A DNA stretch of 44,352 bases from contig CAXHAT010000045.1 in assembly GCA_964014485.1 (NCBI GenBank), positions 1 through 44,352 on the forward strand, given 5' to 3'. This document shows positions 10,344 to 19,103 of the stretch, one piece after another (position 1 is the first letter of the stretch; each line of letters begins with the position of its first letter). A program made the position numbers and the translations under genes. This stretch comes from an uncultured Deferribacteres bacterium. GTDB lineage: Bacteria; Zhuqueibacterota; Zhuqueibacteria; Zhuqueibacterales; Geothermadaptataceae. The notes below the pieces were generated by a model. That model did not search any database and was not told where the DNA came from. It saw only the letters and a list, made by a program, of their open reading frames with translations.

Positions 10344-10586
10344 TTAAACTTCACATTGATTGGCTGTATTGGCGCAGGAGAGCTCCGGCGGGGCGCCGCA
10401 ACCACAGGGTGAACCTGCAAAATCCGGCGTTTTGCTCATAGAGCCGGCGGCGAAGACGCTCAGTTTCCGCTGAACATTTTTCGCCCCGCAAAAAGTGCAA
10501 ACAACGCCTTTATCCGCCCCGCTCATTGGCCGGAGCAATTCAAAGCTCTCCCGACAGTTTTTGCAATCGTATTCGTAAATTGGCAT
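10344..10586 (-). CDS. FmdB-family zinc-ribbon protein
   Basis: MPIYEYDCKNC...CTFCG signature. Confidence 0.85.
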   Translation of the reverse strand: MPIYEYDCKNCRESFELLRPMSGADKGVVCTFCGAKNVQRKLSVFAAGSMSKTPDFAGSPCGCGAPPELSCANTANQCEV

Positions 10587-10607
10587 TTTGAAACCGTTGG
10601 ATCGCTT

Positions 10608-11135
10608 TTATTGGCCGCTTGGCGCCGCTTGTTTCGCTTCGCGTTCTTCAACAAATTTATCGTATGGTGTCGTCTTATAGTGCTCGCCGTCAATGTATTC
10701 TAACATGGGCATAAATTTTTCAGGCGGAATGTAGCCGGGCACTTTTGTGATAAAATCGCCGTTTTCGTTCAGGAAAACGGTGGCGGGAAAACCGGTTATC
10801 CCAAAGCCTTGCGTCAACTGTCGGTGAGTGTATTCTTTGCCGCGATAGGCGCCTTTTTCACTGGTTTCCGCATTGACTTTCGACATGACGACTTTTTCAG
10901 CGGCGAATTTGATGATCTCTTTATTGCCGTAGGTTTTCTCGTCCATCACCTTGCACCAGGAACACCAGTCGGTATAAAAATCGACGACGATGATTTTTTT
11001 CTCCGCCTTGCCTTTTTCCAGCGCTTCCGTGAAACCAAACCATTCGATTTTGTCGTTTTTTCCGTCCGATGAAAATGCCGTGCTAAAGATTGCTGCTACA
11101 ATCGCCATTGGGAGGAAAATCTTCCTGGTTTTCAT
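10608..11135 (-). CDS. Exported thioredoxin-fold protein (SoxW/DUF255-like)
   Basis: Signal peptide; VDFYTDWCSWCKVMD; cis-Pro loop GFPAT; PGYIPP. Confidence 0.85.
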   Translation of the reverse strand: MKTRKIFLPMAIVAAIFSTAFSSDGKNDKIEWFGFTEALEKGKAEKKIIVVDFYTDWCSWCKVMDEKTYGNKEIIKFAAEKVVMSKVNAETSEKGAYRGKEYTHRQLTQGFGITGFPATVFLNENGDFITKVPGYIPPEKFMPMLEYIDGEHYKTTPYDKFVEEREAKQAAPSGQ

Positions 11136-11258
11136 TTTTTACCTCGTTTTACATTCGACCAATACGGCAAACAGGTTTTAAAAGCCTCGTCACAAACACC
11201 AGTTGCTAACAAGAGATGCGACATATTCATTCCGTCCGTTTGTGTTCTTTGTGATGCT

Positions 11259-11471
11259 TTAAAGCGCATCGTTTTCCAGGTTTTCAGCAGCAGACGCCTC
11301 CACACGTTTTTGACGCGTGAATACTGAAAAAATACCGTAGCCAAAAACCAAAGCATAGCCCGCAATCACCTCGTAACTTGGCGTTGTTCTAAAGGCGGCT
11401 TCGTAGACGGCAAGGCTCAGGCTGACAACCATAAAAATCAAGCCCCGCAGGAGGTAACGATCAAATTTCAC
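11259..11471 (-). CDS. Small hypothetical membrane protein
   Basis: 70 aa, two hydrophobic segments, same strand as neighbours. Confidence 0.45.
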   Translation of the reverse strand: MKFDRYLLRGLIFMVVSLSLAVYEAAFRTTPSYEVIAGYALVFGYGIFSVFTRQKRVEASAAENLENDAL

Positions 11472-11501
11472 TGGAGCGATTCGCGACTATTTTGAGACTT
11501 T

Positions 11502-11584
11502 AGAGGGTATTCAAAAGCCCTTATATTTCTGCCCGCCTTAAGGTTCAGCGGGACGGCAGTTCGAGGGTTTTCAATACACGCTCT
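11502..11584. mobile_element. MITE-like element with terminal inverted repeats
   Basis: AGAGGGTATTCAAAAGCCCT ... AGGGTTTTCAATACACGCTCT; ends resemble those of 16955-17069. Confidence 0.45.
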
Positions 11585-11685
11585 TGGACAATCACCATTT
11601 TAAGTGTTTAATTTGGCTATCAATAGCCGAAATATCAACAAAAAAGATTTGATTTGTTGTAGAATGCCGAATCTGGCTCCGGCGG

Positions 11686-12066
11686 CTAGTCGATCAGGTA
11701 TGGAATCAAGAATCCCAGCCCGACCGCAATGGCCAAAGTTAAAACAATTTTATCGGTTTTGAACTGCGTGTCTTTCATGAAAAGCATTGCTGTTATAATA
11801 AAGCCGATCGAGAGCGAGAAAAGGACAAAATAGACATGATCGCGAACGACGTACCAAATCGCCGCGCCTAAAAATCCCCAAACGATGGAGCCGCTGCTGA
11901 GGATCGCCATCATCATCCAGGCTCGATTGATCCGATGGCTTTGCGCCAATGTAGCGCCGTTGGCTTCTAATTGTTTTTGAATGTAGGACAATCTCAACAA
12001 AACATATGCAACGCAGGCGACTCCGACGATAAATCCCGCGGAAAGACCGCGCAAAAAGGTTTCCAT
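11686..12066 (-). CDS. Hypothetical membrane protein (about 4 TM)
   Basis: 126-aa ORF with four hydrophobic stretches; GGAG upstream of ATG. Confidence 0.7.
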   Translation of the reverse strand: METFLRGLSAGFIVGVACVAYVLLRLSYIQKQLEANGATLAQSHRINRAWMMMAILSSGSIVWGFLGAAIWYVVRDHVYFVLFSLSIGFIITAMLFMKDTQFKTDKIVLTLAIAVGLGFLIPYLID

Positions 12067-12207
12067 GCTGTACTCCGGTGGTGCTTTCTAAATAAGGGGC
12101 AAAGGATCAAAGATACAAAGGGACAACTATGAGGAACTTTGCGTCTTTGTCCCTTCACAAACAAAAATATACCCCATTTTATTGAATTCGCGGGAGTTGC
12201 ACGGTGA

Positions 12208-13488
12208 TTATTCAGAGCGGAGGAGCTTAAAATCGTTGTTGCCCTTTTTGTCTCTAAAAATAAATCGTCTGTCCATATCGCGATAATACCACAGTTGAAT
12301 TGTTGCGGCGCCAAATTGATCGCTTTGCGTTTGCACGGAAGTCGGATCGCCGAAAATGATGTATTTCTCGCCGCGATCGGTTTCCCAACCCGCTTGCTGA
12401 ACGGCCAAAACCGAAAAGTGCTTGTTTGCAAATTCAACGCGTCGATAAAATTCGTCACGAATCGGGTTTACATCACTCTCGGGCTCGGGATTCCTAGCAT
12501 TCCAGAAATCTTTTAAAAGAGATGCACGCTCTTCCGGAGATGCGTTGACGATTTTCTGATATTCGTTTCTCTGCATGATGTATTTCAGCGCAAGATAAGT
12601 TTGGGCGTCGCTCTCGGCTTTTTCTCCATTGTTTTGAGCCACGTCATACTTGACTGAAAACTGACTGAGCGACTTCGCTTTTTGTTCGTTTAGGCTGGCA
12701 AGAATTTCAACCGTATAATTCCCGGCACTCTTGATTTTATCTGCCAAATCCTGGTCAAACTGGAGCGTTTCGTCTTCAAATACTGCGCTTTCGTCCCACA
12801 ACGCAACCACTTCTCCCGCCCAGTTTTTAAGCGTATAACTGATGCGTGTAGAATCTTCCGCCCCGCCGCCGCTGACGAAAAAACGAATAGGGACGCCTTT
12901 CGCCGCCGCCGAATAGATTTTTGGAAGATTGTATCGCATTGAATCGTTTTCAGTGGAAGGCTCCATAAACATAATGGAGCTGATTTGCAGGCTGTCTGCT
13001 TGGAAAGATTTGAGTTTTATTGGAAATTTGCGGAGCAGGCGGCGGCGCGTTTCCAAATCCGTAATTTCGAGATGAAGCTCATGGTTGCCCGGCTTCACGT
13101 CGTATTCAAATTGATCTCTGCTGTAAATATTGCGGCTGTTCGTCTCGTCGAAGGATTCCGCGAATATTTCCCTGGAATTCAGTTTTTCTCCGAGGTGCTC
13201 ATTTTCTGAATTGACGAGGTCCATTGAAATGCGAATGCCGGCGCGGTAGCGGCCGTTTTCCTGACGCACAAATTGCAGAACGTCGTTAACCAGCGCAATG
13301 TTGATTTCCAACTTTGTGTGATCCGTCTGCGCGCTTTTGAATTGATGCATACGAAACACAAAAGACGGCAAACCGAACATCTCATCGCGCCGTGCATCGT
13401 TTTCTTGAGTTGAAAAAGCAATGCTGAAAAAAGCGAAGAAAAGTATTGTGTATTTAAAACTTAAACGCATTTGAAATTCCCTGATCAA
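12208..13488 (-). CDS. GWxTD domain-containing protein (start may be ATG 13470)
   Basis: Signal peptide; FWNARNP, EFYRRVEFAN, GWETDRGEKYIIFGDP. Confidence 0.9.
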   Translation of the reverse strand: MIREFQMRLSFKYTILFFAFFSIAFSTQENDARRDEMFGLPSFVFRMHQFKSAQTDHTKLEINIALVNDVLQFVRQENGRYRAGIRISMDLVNSENEHLGEKLNSREIFAESFDETNSRNIYSRDQFEYDVKPGNHELHLEITDLETRRRLLRKFPIKLKSFQADSLQISSIMFMEPSTENDSMRYNLPKIYSAAAKGVPIRFFVSGGGAEDSTRISYTLKNWAGEVVALWDESAVFEDETLQFDQDLADKIKSAGNYTVEILASLNEQKAKSLSQFSVKYDVAQNNGEKAESDAQTYLALKYIMQRNEYQKIVNASPEERASLLKDFWNARNPEPESDVNPIRDEFYRRVEFANKHFSVLAVQQAGWETDRGEKYIIFGDPTSVQTQSDQFGAATIQLWYYRDMDRRFIFRDKKGNNDFKLLRSE

Positions 13489-13750
13489 GAGTCTTTAAAT
13501 GTTGGATTGTCGGAACATAGCATCGCCAAAAGGGTAATCTTCTTGTCGTCGTTTAGCATGTCATTCTCGCACGGGCGGGAACGACATGTTGTACGCTTTT
13601 GAAAAAAGCGACGGCGAAAATACAACATAAATTCGCCAAAAAGAAAGGCGAAATCCGCAGCCGAGTTTTTGCTTGCCATTCCATACCCCGTTTGCTATAC
13701 TGGCCGTCGGATTTTCGCACAACGAAAGCCTTGAAAATCGGAGACTCTTC

Positions 13751-14110
13751 GTGAAAAAACTCATTCCTTTTTTACTCGCCGCTCTCATTCTATCACTCTT
13801 CACCATAACTTGTTCCCCGCGAGATGATCGCGAGCGAATTCGCATGGTTGAAGGCGAACCGGATCAGATTAACACGTTTGGAAAAGAGCAATTTTGGCGA
13901 GAGTATTGGGTTTACGATAAAGGCCCTGAGGTCTGGCAATTTGAATTCAGGCGTTCCAGCGGCTGTGGAGCCATTGCGGAAGTCTACTTGGTTTGCGATA
14001 TTTTCACGCCTTGTCCCGCCGTTTTCGTTAAGAATCCGGGTGATTCTCTCACCGCCAGACCGCAATTCGATCTCAAAAAAGGCTCGAATCCGATTTCACC
14101 AAACTTTTAA
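13751..14110 (+). CDS. Hypothetical exported/lipoprotein
   Basis: GTG 13751 gives KKLIPFLLAALILSLFTIT-C signal; GEPD...EYWVY segment. Confidence 0.6.
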   Translation: MKKLIPFLLAALILSLFTITCSPRDDRERIRMVEGEPDQINTFGKEQFWREYWVYDKGPEVWQFEFRRSSGCGAIAEVYLVCDIFTPCPAVFVKNPGDSLTARPQFDLKKGSNPISPNF

Positions 14111-14133
14111 CTCAGACCAATCGAACACGCCCC

Positions 14134-14886
14134 ATGGAAGCCAAAGACATCGCCAACTACATCGATCAATATCTGCGCGTACCGGAAATTAAGGACGCTT
14201 CGCTGAACGGCCTTCAGGTTCAGGGAAAAACTGAAATTACAAAAATCGGCTACGCGGTTGACGCTTGCGTTGAATCCTTCCAAAAAGCCAAAGAACAAGG
14301 CGTTGATTTCTTGATGGTGCACCACGGCTTGTTCTGGGGACAGGAACAGGCTATCGTCGGTTCGCACTACGCGCGCGTGCGGTTGCTGATCGAGTCAGGG
14401 ATGAATCTTTATTGCGCGCACCTTCCGCTTGACGCGCACCCCGAAGTCGGCAACAACGCCCAATTGGCCAAAGCGCTTGATCTTTCCGTCGAACATTATT
14501 TTGGCGAATATCGCGGCACGCCCATCGCCGTCTACGCCCGGTCGGATACAAAAATTACTGCTGAACAACTTCTGGCGCGATTGAAAAAAGTCGTCGGCGA
14601 CCATGCCAGATTGGACGCTTTCGGCCCGAAGAAATTTCGCAACATCGGAATTTGCTCCGGCTCGGGAACGTCATTGCTGCCCGAAGCGAAGCGGATGAAT
14701 CTCGACGCTTTTATTACCGGTGAGACGCGCCAAAACTTCTACCATTTTACTCAGGAGGAAGGCATTCACGCGCTTTACGGGCGGCATTACGACACGGAAA
14801 TTATTGGTTTGAAAGCTCTCGCGGCGCACCTGGAAGAGATTTTCGAACTGCCGACGGTTTTTCTCGACGCACCAACCAGAATTTAG
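14134..14886 (+). CDS. Nif3-like dinuclear metal-centre protein (YbgI family)
   Basis: NGLQVQG, VHHGLFW, HLPLDAHPEVGNN, FITGE, HYDTE motifs. Confidence 0.92.
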   Translation: MEAKDIANYIDQYLRVPEIKDASLNGLQVQGKTEITKIGYAVDACVESFQKAKEQGVDFLMVHHGLFWGQEQAIVGSHYARVRLLIESGMNLYCAHLPLDAHPEVGNNAQLAKALDLSVEHYFGEYRGTPIAVYARSDTKITAEQLLARLKKVVGDHARLDAFGPKKFRNIGICSGSGTSLLPEAKRMNLDAFITGETRQNFYHFTQEEGIHALYGRHYDTEIIGLKALAAHLEEIFELPTVFLDAPTRI

Positions 14887-14918
14887 TCTAAGATTCCTTT
14901 TCAAAAAGTGGGGGCGCT

Positions 14919-16460
14919 ATGCTTTCCAAAGTTTTCAGTGCAGCGGTTCTTGGCATTGACGCTTATCTTGTAACCGTTGAGACGCATCTCGAAGGCCAAC
15001 TGCCGTTTGTTGCCGTGGTCGGCTTGCCGGACGGTGCGGTCAAGGAAGCGAGGGAGCGCGTGACCGCCGCGATCAAAAACTCCGGCTTTCGTTTTCCCCA
15101 AAAAAGAATCATTGTCAACCTCGCGCCTGCAGACATTAAAAAGGAAGGTTCGGCGTTCGATTTGCCCATTGCCGTCGGCGTCTTGGCCGCGACTGGCGTC
15201 ATCGAACCGGAACGCCTGCGTGATTTTGTCCTGATCGGCGAACTCTCCCTTGACGGAAGTTTACAGCGCGCCCGAGGCGTTTTGCCGATTGCCCTGGCGG
15301 CAAAAAAAGCCGGCAAGCGCGGTCTCATTTTGCCGCCGCAGAATGTCAAAGAAGCGGCAATCGTTGACGGGGTGGACGTTTACGGCGTGGAAACGCTGGA
15401 AGAAGCCGTCTCTTTTTTGAACGGCGACACCAAGCTCGCCCCGGAGCAGACCAACATCGGCGCGATCTTCTCCGAACACAAAGAACACTTGATTGATTTC
15501 AGCGACGTCAAGGGGCAGGAGCACGTCAAGCGCGCTTTGGAAGTGGCTGCGGCTGGCGGGCACAATATCATTATGATCGGGCCGCCCGGCTCCGGAAAAA
15601 CAATGGTTGCCAAGCGTTTCGCCACCATCCTGCCGGATTTGAGTTTGGAAGAAGCGCTGGAAACGACGAAGATTCACTCAGTGGCCGGGATTCTCCCAGC
15701 CGAAAAATCGCTTATCGGCACGCGTCCGTTTCGTTCGCCCCACCATACGATCAGCGACGCCGGGCTGATTGGCGGCGGTAAAATTCCGCGCCCCGGCGAG
15801 GTCAGCCTGGCGCACCACGGCGTGCTTTTTTTGGACGAATTGCCGGAGTTCAAAAAAAACGTGCTCGAAGTCATGCGCCAGCCGATGGAAGACGGCGTGG
15901 TCACCATTTCCCGTGCGCTGCTTTCGTTGACTTATCCGGCCAATTTCCTGCTCGTCGCAGCAATGAATCCGTGCCCCTGCGGCTACAGCACCGACCCGCA
16001 AAATGAATGCTCTTGCTCGACTCCGGTCATCCAGCGCTATATCAGCCGAATCAGCGGGCCGTTATTGGATCGAATCGATATTCATATCGAAGTGCCGTCA
16101 GTGAAGTACAAAGAGCTGTCGTCGCGGGAAGATGGAATAAGTTCAGAAACGATCCGCCAACGGGTTGAAGGCGCTCGGAAAGTACAGCAAAGTCGCTATA
16201 AAAACCTCAGCAGCGTTTATTGCAACGCCCACATCGGCTCAAAACAAATTCGCGCCTATTGCCGCTTCGATGGCGAAGGCGAGAAACTGCTCAAGATGGC
16301 CATCACCAAGCTTGGCCTTTCCGCCAGAGCCTACGACCGCATTCTCAAAGTCGCCCGCACTATTGCCGATCTTTCCTCATCTGAACAAATCCAGCCTGCT
16401 CATATTAGCGAAGCGATTCAGTACCGCACCCTTGACCGAAATTTTGGCGTTTCGATTTAA
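14919..16460 (+). CDS. comM: YifB/ComM family Mg-chelatase-like AAA+ ATPase
   Basis: [83 protein letters not shown]. Confidence 0.93.
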   Translation: MLSKVFSAAVLGIDAYLVTVETHLEGQLPFVAVVGLPDGAVKEARERVTAAIKNSGFRFPQKRIIVNLAPADIKKEGSAFDLPIAVGVLAATGVIEPERLRDFVLIGELSLDGSLQRARGVLPIALAAKKAGKRGLILPPQNVKEAAIVDGVDVYGVETLEEAVSFLNGDTKLAPEQTNIGAIFSEHKEHLIDFSDVKGQEHVKRALEVAAAGGHNIIMIGPPGSGKTMVAKRFATILPDLSLEEALETTKIHSVAGILPAEKSLIGTRPFRSPHHTISDAGLIGGGKIPRPGEVSLAHHGVLFLDELPEFKKNVLEVMRQPMEDGVVTISRALLSLTYPANFLLVAAMNPCPCGYSTDPQNECSCSTPVIQRYISRISGPLLDRIDIHIEVPSVKYKELSSREDGISSETIRQRVEGARKVQQSRYKNLSSVYCNAHIGSKQIRAYCRFDGEGEKLLKMAITKLGLSARAYDRILKVARTIADLSSSEQIQPAHISEAIQYRTLDRNFGVSI

Positions 16461-16554
16461 TATTCACTCAAAAAGTGTTTGGGAAACCTCGATTGTTAAC
16501 TTCATTCCCCCGGAAGTGCATCACTGTCAACCTAATTTCGAGACGCCCAAAACC

Positions 16555-16675
16555 CTCGTTCTCAATCTCAGGATTGGGAACGCAGTTGCACTCGAAACTC
16601 CAGTTTCGAGTGAATTCTTTGTCTCAAAACTGGAGTTTTTCCCCATTTTTATTCCCACCGGAGTTTGGAAACGAG
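16555..16675. repeat. Composite REP-like intergenic element
   Basis: Terminal CTCGTT ... AACGAG with internal palindrome CACTCGAAACT-CC-AGTTTCGAGTG. Confidence 0.55.
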
Positions 16676-16954
16676 CCGTAGCGAGGCACTGTTTGCGCCT
16701 GAGTCTCGGAAAATTTTTTGCTGAGCGTAACATCAGTTTTTAAATTTTTTCTTTTCAAGCAGAAGAAACGTTCTCACCTCGCGGCCTAAAAAGATTCCTG
16801 ATGAATGACAAGCAGGGATTTCCCACACAAGCGCTGATCGGAAAAGAATGCCGAAAGAGCTTGCGCTGGACGCAATTTTTTCTTATCTCAGCCCGGCAAA
16901 AATTAAACGCGAACAAATTTAAACGGCCATCTAGAAGAATGCAGTCGGCTCCAA

Positions 16955-17069
16955 AGAGCGTATTTTAAAAGTCCCCGTTTTGTCATTCCGAAGGAATCTT
17001 TTTAGTTGTACGGAAAAGTCTAAAAAGATGCTTCCAGCATGACAACTCAGGACTCTCTAAACGCGCTCT
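16955..17069. mobile_element. MITE-like element upstream of carA
   Basis: AGAGCGTATTTTAAAAGTCC ... GGACTCTCTAAACGCGCTCT outer IR with inner TGTCATTCCGAAGGAATCTTTTTAG ... CTAAAAAGATGCTTCCAGCATGACA. Confidence 0.5.
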
Positions 17070-17117
17070 AAGCCGGAAGGGGCAAAGCATATTCTGACTG
17101 GCCGACACAAACAACAA

Positions 17118-18269
17118 ATGAGTCAACCTATCGACGCAGTTCTTGTTTTAGAAGACGGAAAAACGTTTAAAGGTAAAGCGTTTGGGGCGGTTGGAACGAC
17201 GCAAGGGGAAGTCGTTTTTAACACCAGCATGGTCGGCTATCAAGAAATTATTACCGATCCTTCGTACTGCGGACAACTCGTCTGCATGACCTACCCGCAC
17301 ATCGGCAATTACGGCGTGAACATGCGCGACCTCGAGTCGCTGACGCCGCAAGTATCAGGATTCATCGTTCGGGAGGGCTGCTACATCCCCAGCAACTGGC
17401 GTTCGGCGGACACGCTGGATCATTATCTGGCCGCGGCGCATGTTGTCGGCATTCAGGAAATTGACACCCGGGCTTTAACCCGCCACATTCGCGAACACGG
17501 CGCCAAAGCCGGCGTCATTTCCAGCGAAGGCGTCGCCGTTGACGACCTGCTCGATCAGCTAAAATCAGCGCCGCATATGCAAGGGTCGGATTTGGTGCAA
17601 AGAGTCACCTGTCTTGAAAGTTACAAGTGGCGTGAGTCGCTGCCGGACAACTGGTACTCGGCCTATGATTCCCCTGATCTGGAAAAACGATTGCCGCACA
17701 AGCCGCATCTCGTCGTGATCGATTGCGGCGTAAAACGAAATATTCTGCGCTGGGCGGCGACTCTTGGCTTTGAAGTTACAGTCGTCCCGGCAAAAACAAC
17801 GGCGGAAGAAATTTTGGTCAAAAATCCGGACGCCGTTCTCGTCAGCAACGGCCCGGGCGATCCTGAGCCTGTAACTTACGTCGTTGAAACGCTGCGCGGC
17901 TTGATCGGCAAAAAGCCGTTATTCGGCATTTGTCTCGGCCATCAATTACTCGGCTTGGCCATGGGCGGACAGACTTTTAAGCTTAAATTCGGCCATCACG
18001 GCGGCAATCACCCGGTCAAGAATCTGGAAACCGGAAAGGTTGAAATCACGGCGCAGAATCACGGTTTCGCCGTCGATCCAAAGTCATTGTCTGAAAAAGA
18101 CACGGAAATCACGCACTTGAATTTAAACGACGGCACGCTGGAAGGTTTTCGCCATCGCGGGCTGCCGATTTTTTCCGTGCAGTACCATCCCGAAGCCTCG
18201 CCGGGCCCGCATGACGCCGGGTATCTTTTTGAGCAATTGCAAAATATGGTCTTATTGCAGAGTCATTAA
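17118..18269 (+). CDS. carA: Carbamoyl-phosphate synthase small subunit
   Basis: GEVVFNT.MVGYQE..TDPSY, SNGPGDP, FGICLGHQ, SVQYHPEASPGPHD. Confidence 0.97.
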   Translation: MSQPIDAVLVLEDGKTFKGKAFGAVGTTQGEVVFNTSMVGYQEIITDPSYCGQLVCMTYPHIGNYGVNMRDLESLTPQVSGFIVREGCYIPSNWRSADTLDHYLAAAHVVGIQEIDTRALTRHIREHGAKAGVISSEGVAVDDLLDQLKSAPHMQGSDLVQRVTCLESYKWRESLPDNWYSAYDSPDLEKRLPHKPHLVVIDCGVKRNILRWAATLGFEVTVVPAKTTAEEILVKNPDAVLVSNGPGDPEPVTYVVETLRGLIGKKPLFGICLGHQLLGLAMGGQTFKLKFGHHGGNHPVKNLETGKVEITAQNHGFAVDPKSLSEKDTEITHLNLNDGTLEGFRHRGLPIFSVQYHPEASPGPHDAGYLFEQLQNMVLLQSH

Positions 18270-18336
18270 TGTTATGTTTTAGCAAGTGCGATGTTGATTT
18301 GAGTTATGCGTTCATAGAACTTCTGCATGGTCAATC

Positions 18337-18762
18337 ATGAACGTCCCCAAAATAATTATCGACACAAATGTCATTGTGTCAGCTTTAAAATCGAAGAAAG
18401 GAACGTCGCACGCATTATTCAAGCTCATAGGAAAACAACAATTTGTTTGTAACATATCTGTTCCGCTGATTGTGGAATATGAAAAGGTGCTGTTGGATCC
18501 CGCATTAGAAATCCCATTCACTCAAACAAAAATTAAAAAAATTCTGAATTTCGTTTGCGCCAATTCTAACCATCATAGAATATTCTACCTTTGGCGACCT
18601 TTTTTGAAAGACGAAAAAGATGATATGGTTTTAGAACTTGCAGTTTCTTCAAATTGTGATTTTATTGTGACATTCAACAGGCGAGATTTTAAAGGCGTTG
18701 AAAAATTCGGCGTACAAGTACAAACGCCAAAAGAATTTTTAAACTATATCGGAGAAATTTGA
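18337..18762 (+). CDS. PIN-domain toxin of a type II toxin-antitoxin pair
   Basis: IIDTNVIVSAL ... WRPFLKDEKDDMVLELA ... IVTFNRRDF. Confidence 0.88.
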   Translation: MNVPKIIIDTNVIVSALKSKKGTSHALFKLIGKQQFVCNISVPLIVEYEKVLLDPALEIPFTQTKIKKILNFVCANSNHHRIFYLWRPFLKDEKDDMVLELAVSSNCDFIVTFNRRDFKGVEKFGVQVQTPKEFLNYIGEI

Positions 18763-19001
18763 TGAGTTCGATTCATGTAACTCTGCCGGATTCTTTGTAC
18801 AATGTTGCGGTGGAATTAGCTAAAAAAGATCATATTTCGATGAATCAATTCATTTCCACGGCGCTCGCTGAAAAAATTTCTGCACTGATGACTGAAGACT
18901 ATTTGCGCAAAAGAGCTCAAAAAGCACCAACTCAGGAAGAATTTTCTCGAATATTGGAAGAAACCCCTGATATAGAACCCGAAGAATATGATAAATTCTA
19001 A
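18759..19001 (+). CDS. Ribbon-helix-helix antitoxin (start 18759 or 18762)
   Basis: IHVTLPDSLYNVAVELAKKDHISMNQFISTALAEK; overlaps the PIN stop codon. Confidence 0.8.
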   Translation: MMSSIHVTLPDSLYNVAVELAKKDHISMNQFISTALAEKISALMTEDYLRKRAQKAPTQEEFSRILEETPDIEPEEYDKF

Positions 19002-19103
19002 CGCTTCTCCGAAGCTTAGCCGCTACTGCGATTTTCAAGAAAATTTTACCCTCCACAAGAATCCCAAATTAACCATTAATTTATTCAAGACCCCACTATT
19101 TCT

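Noticed and set aside
11480..11600. Possible 6S RNA or riboswitch (long hairpin)
   Set aside because: Only about 85 bp with no recognisable conserved motif; ends resemble the element at 16955-17069; an Rfam scan is needed to exclude it fully
18300..19030. PIN/RHH pair as a displaced integron cassette (GTTATGC upstream, TTCTAAC at the stop)
   Set aside because: The cores are not complementary and no L boxes or attC stem follow
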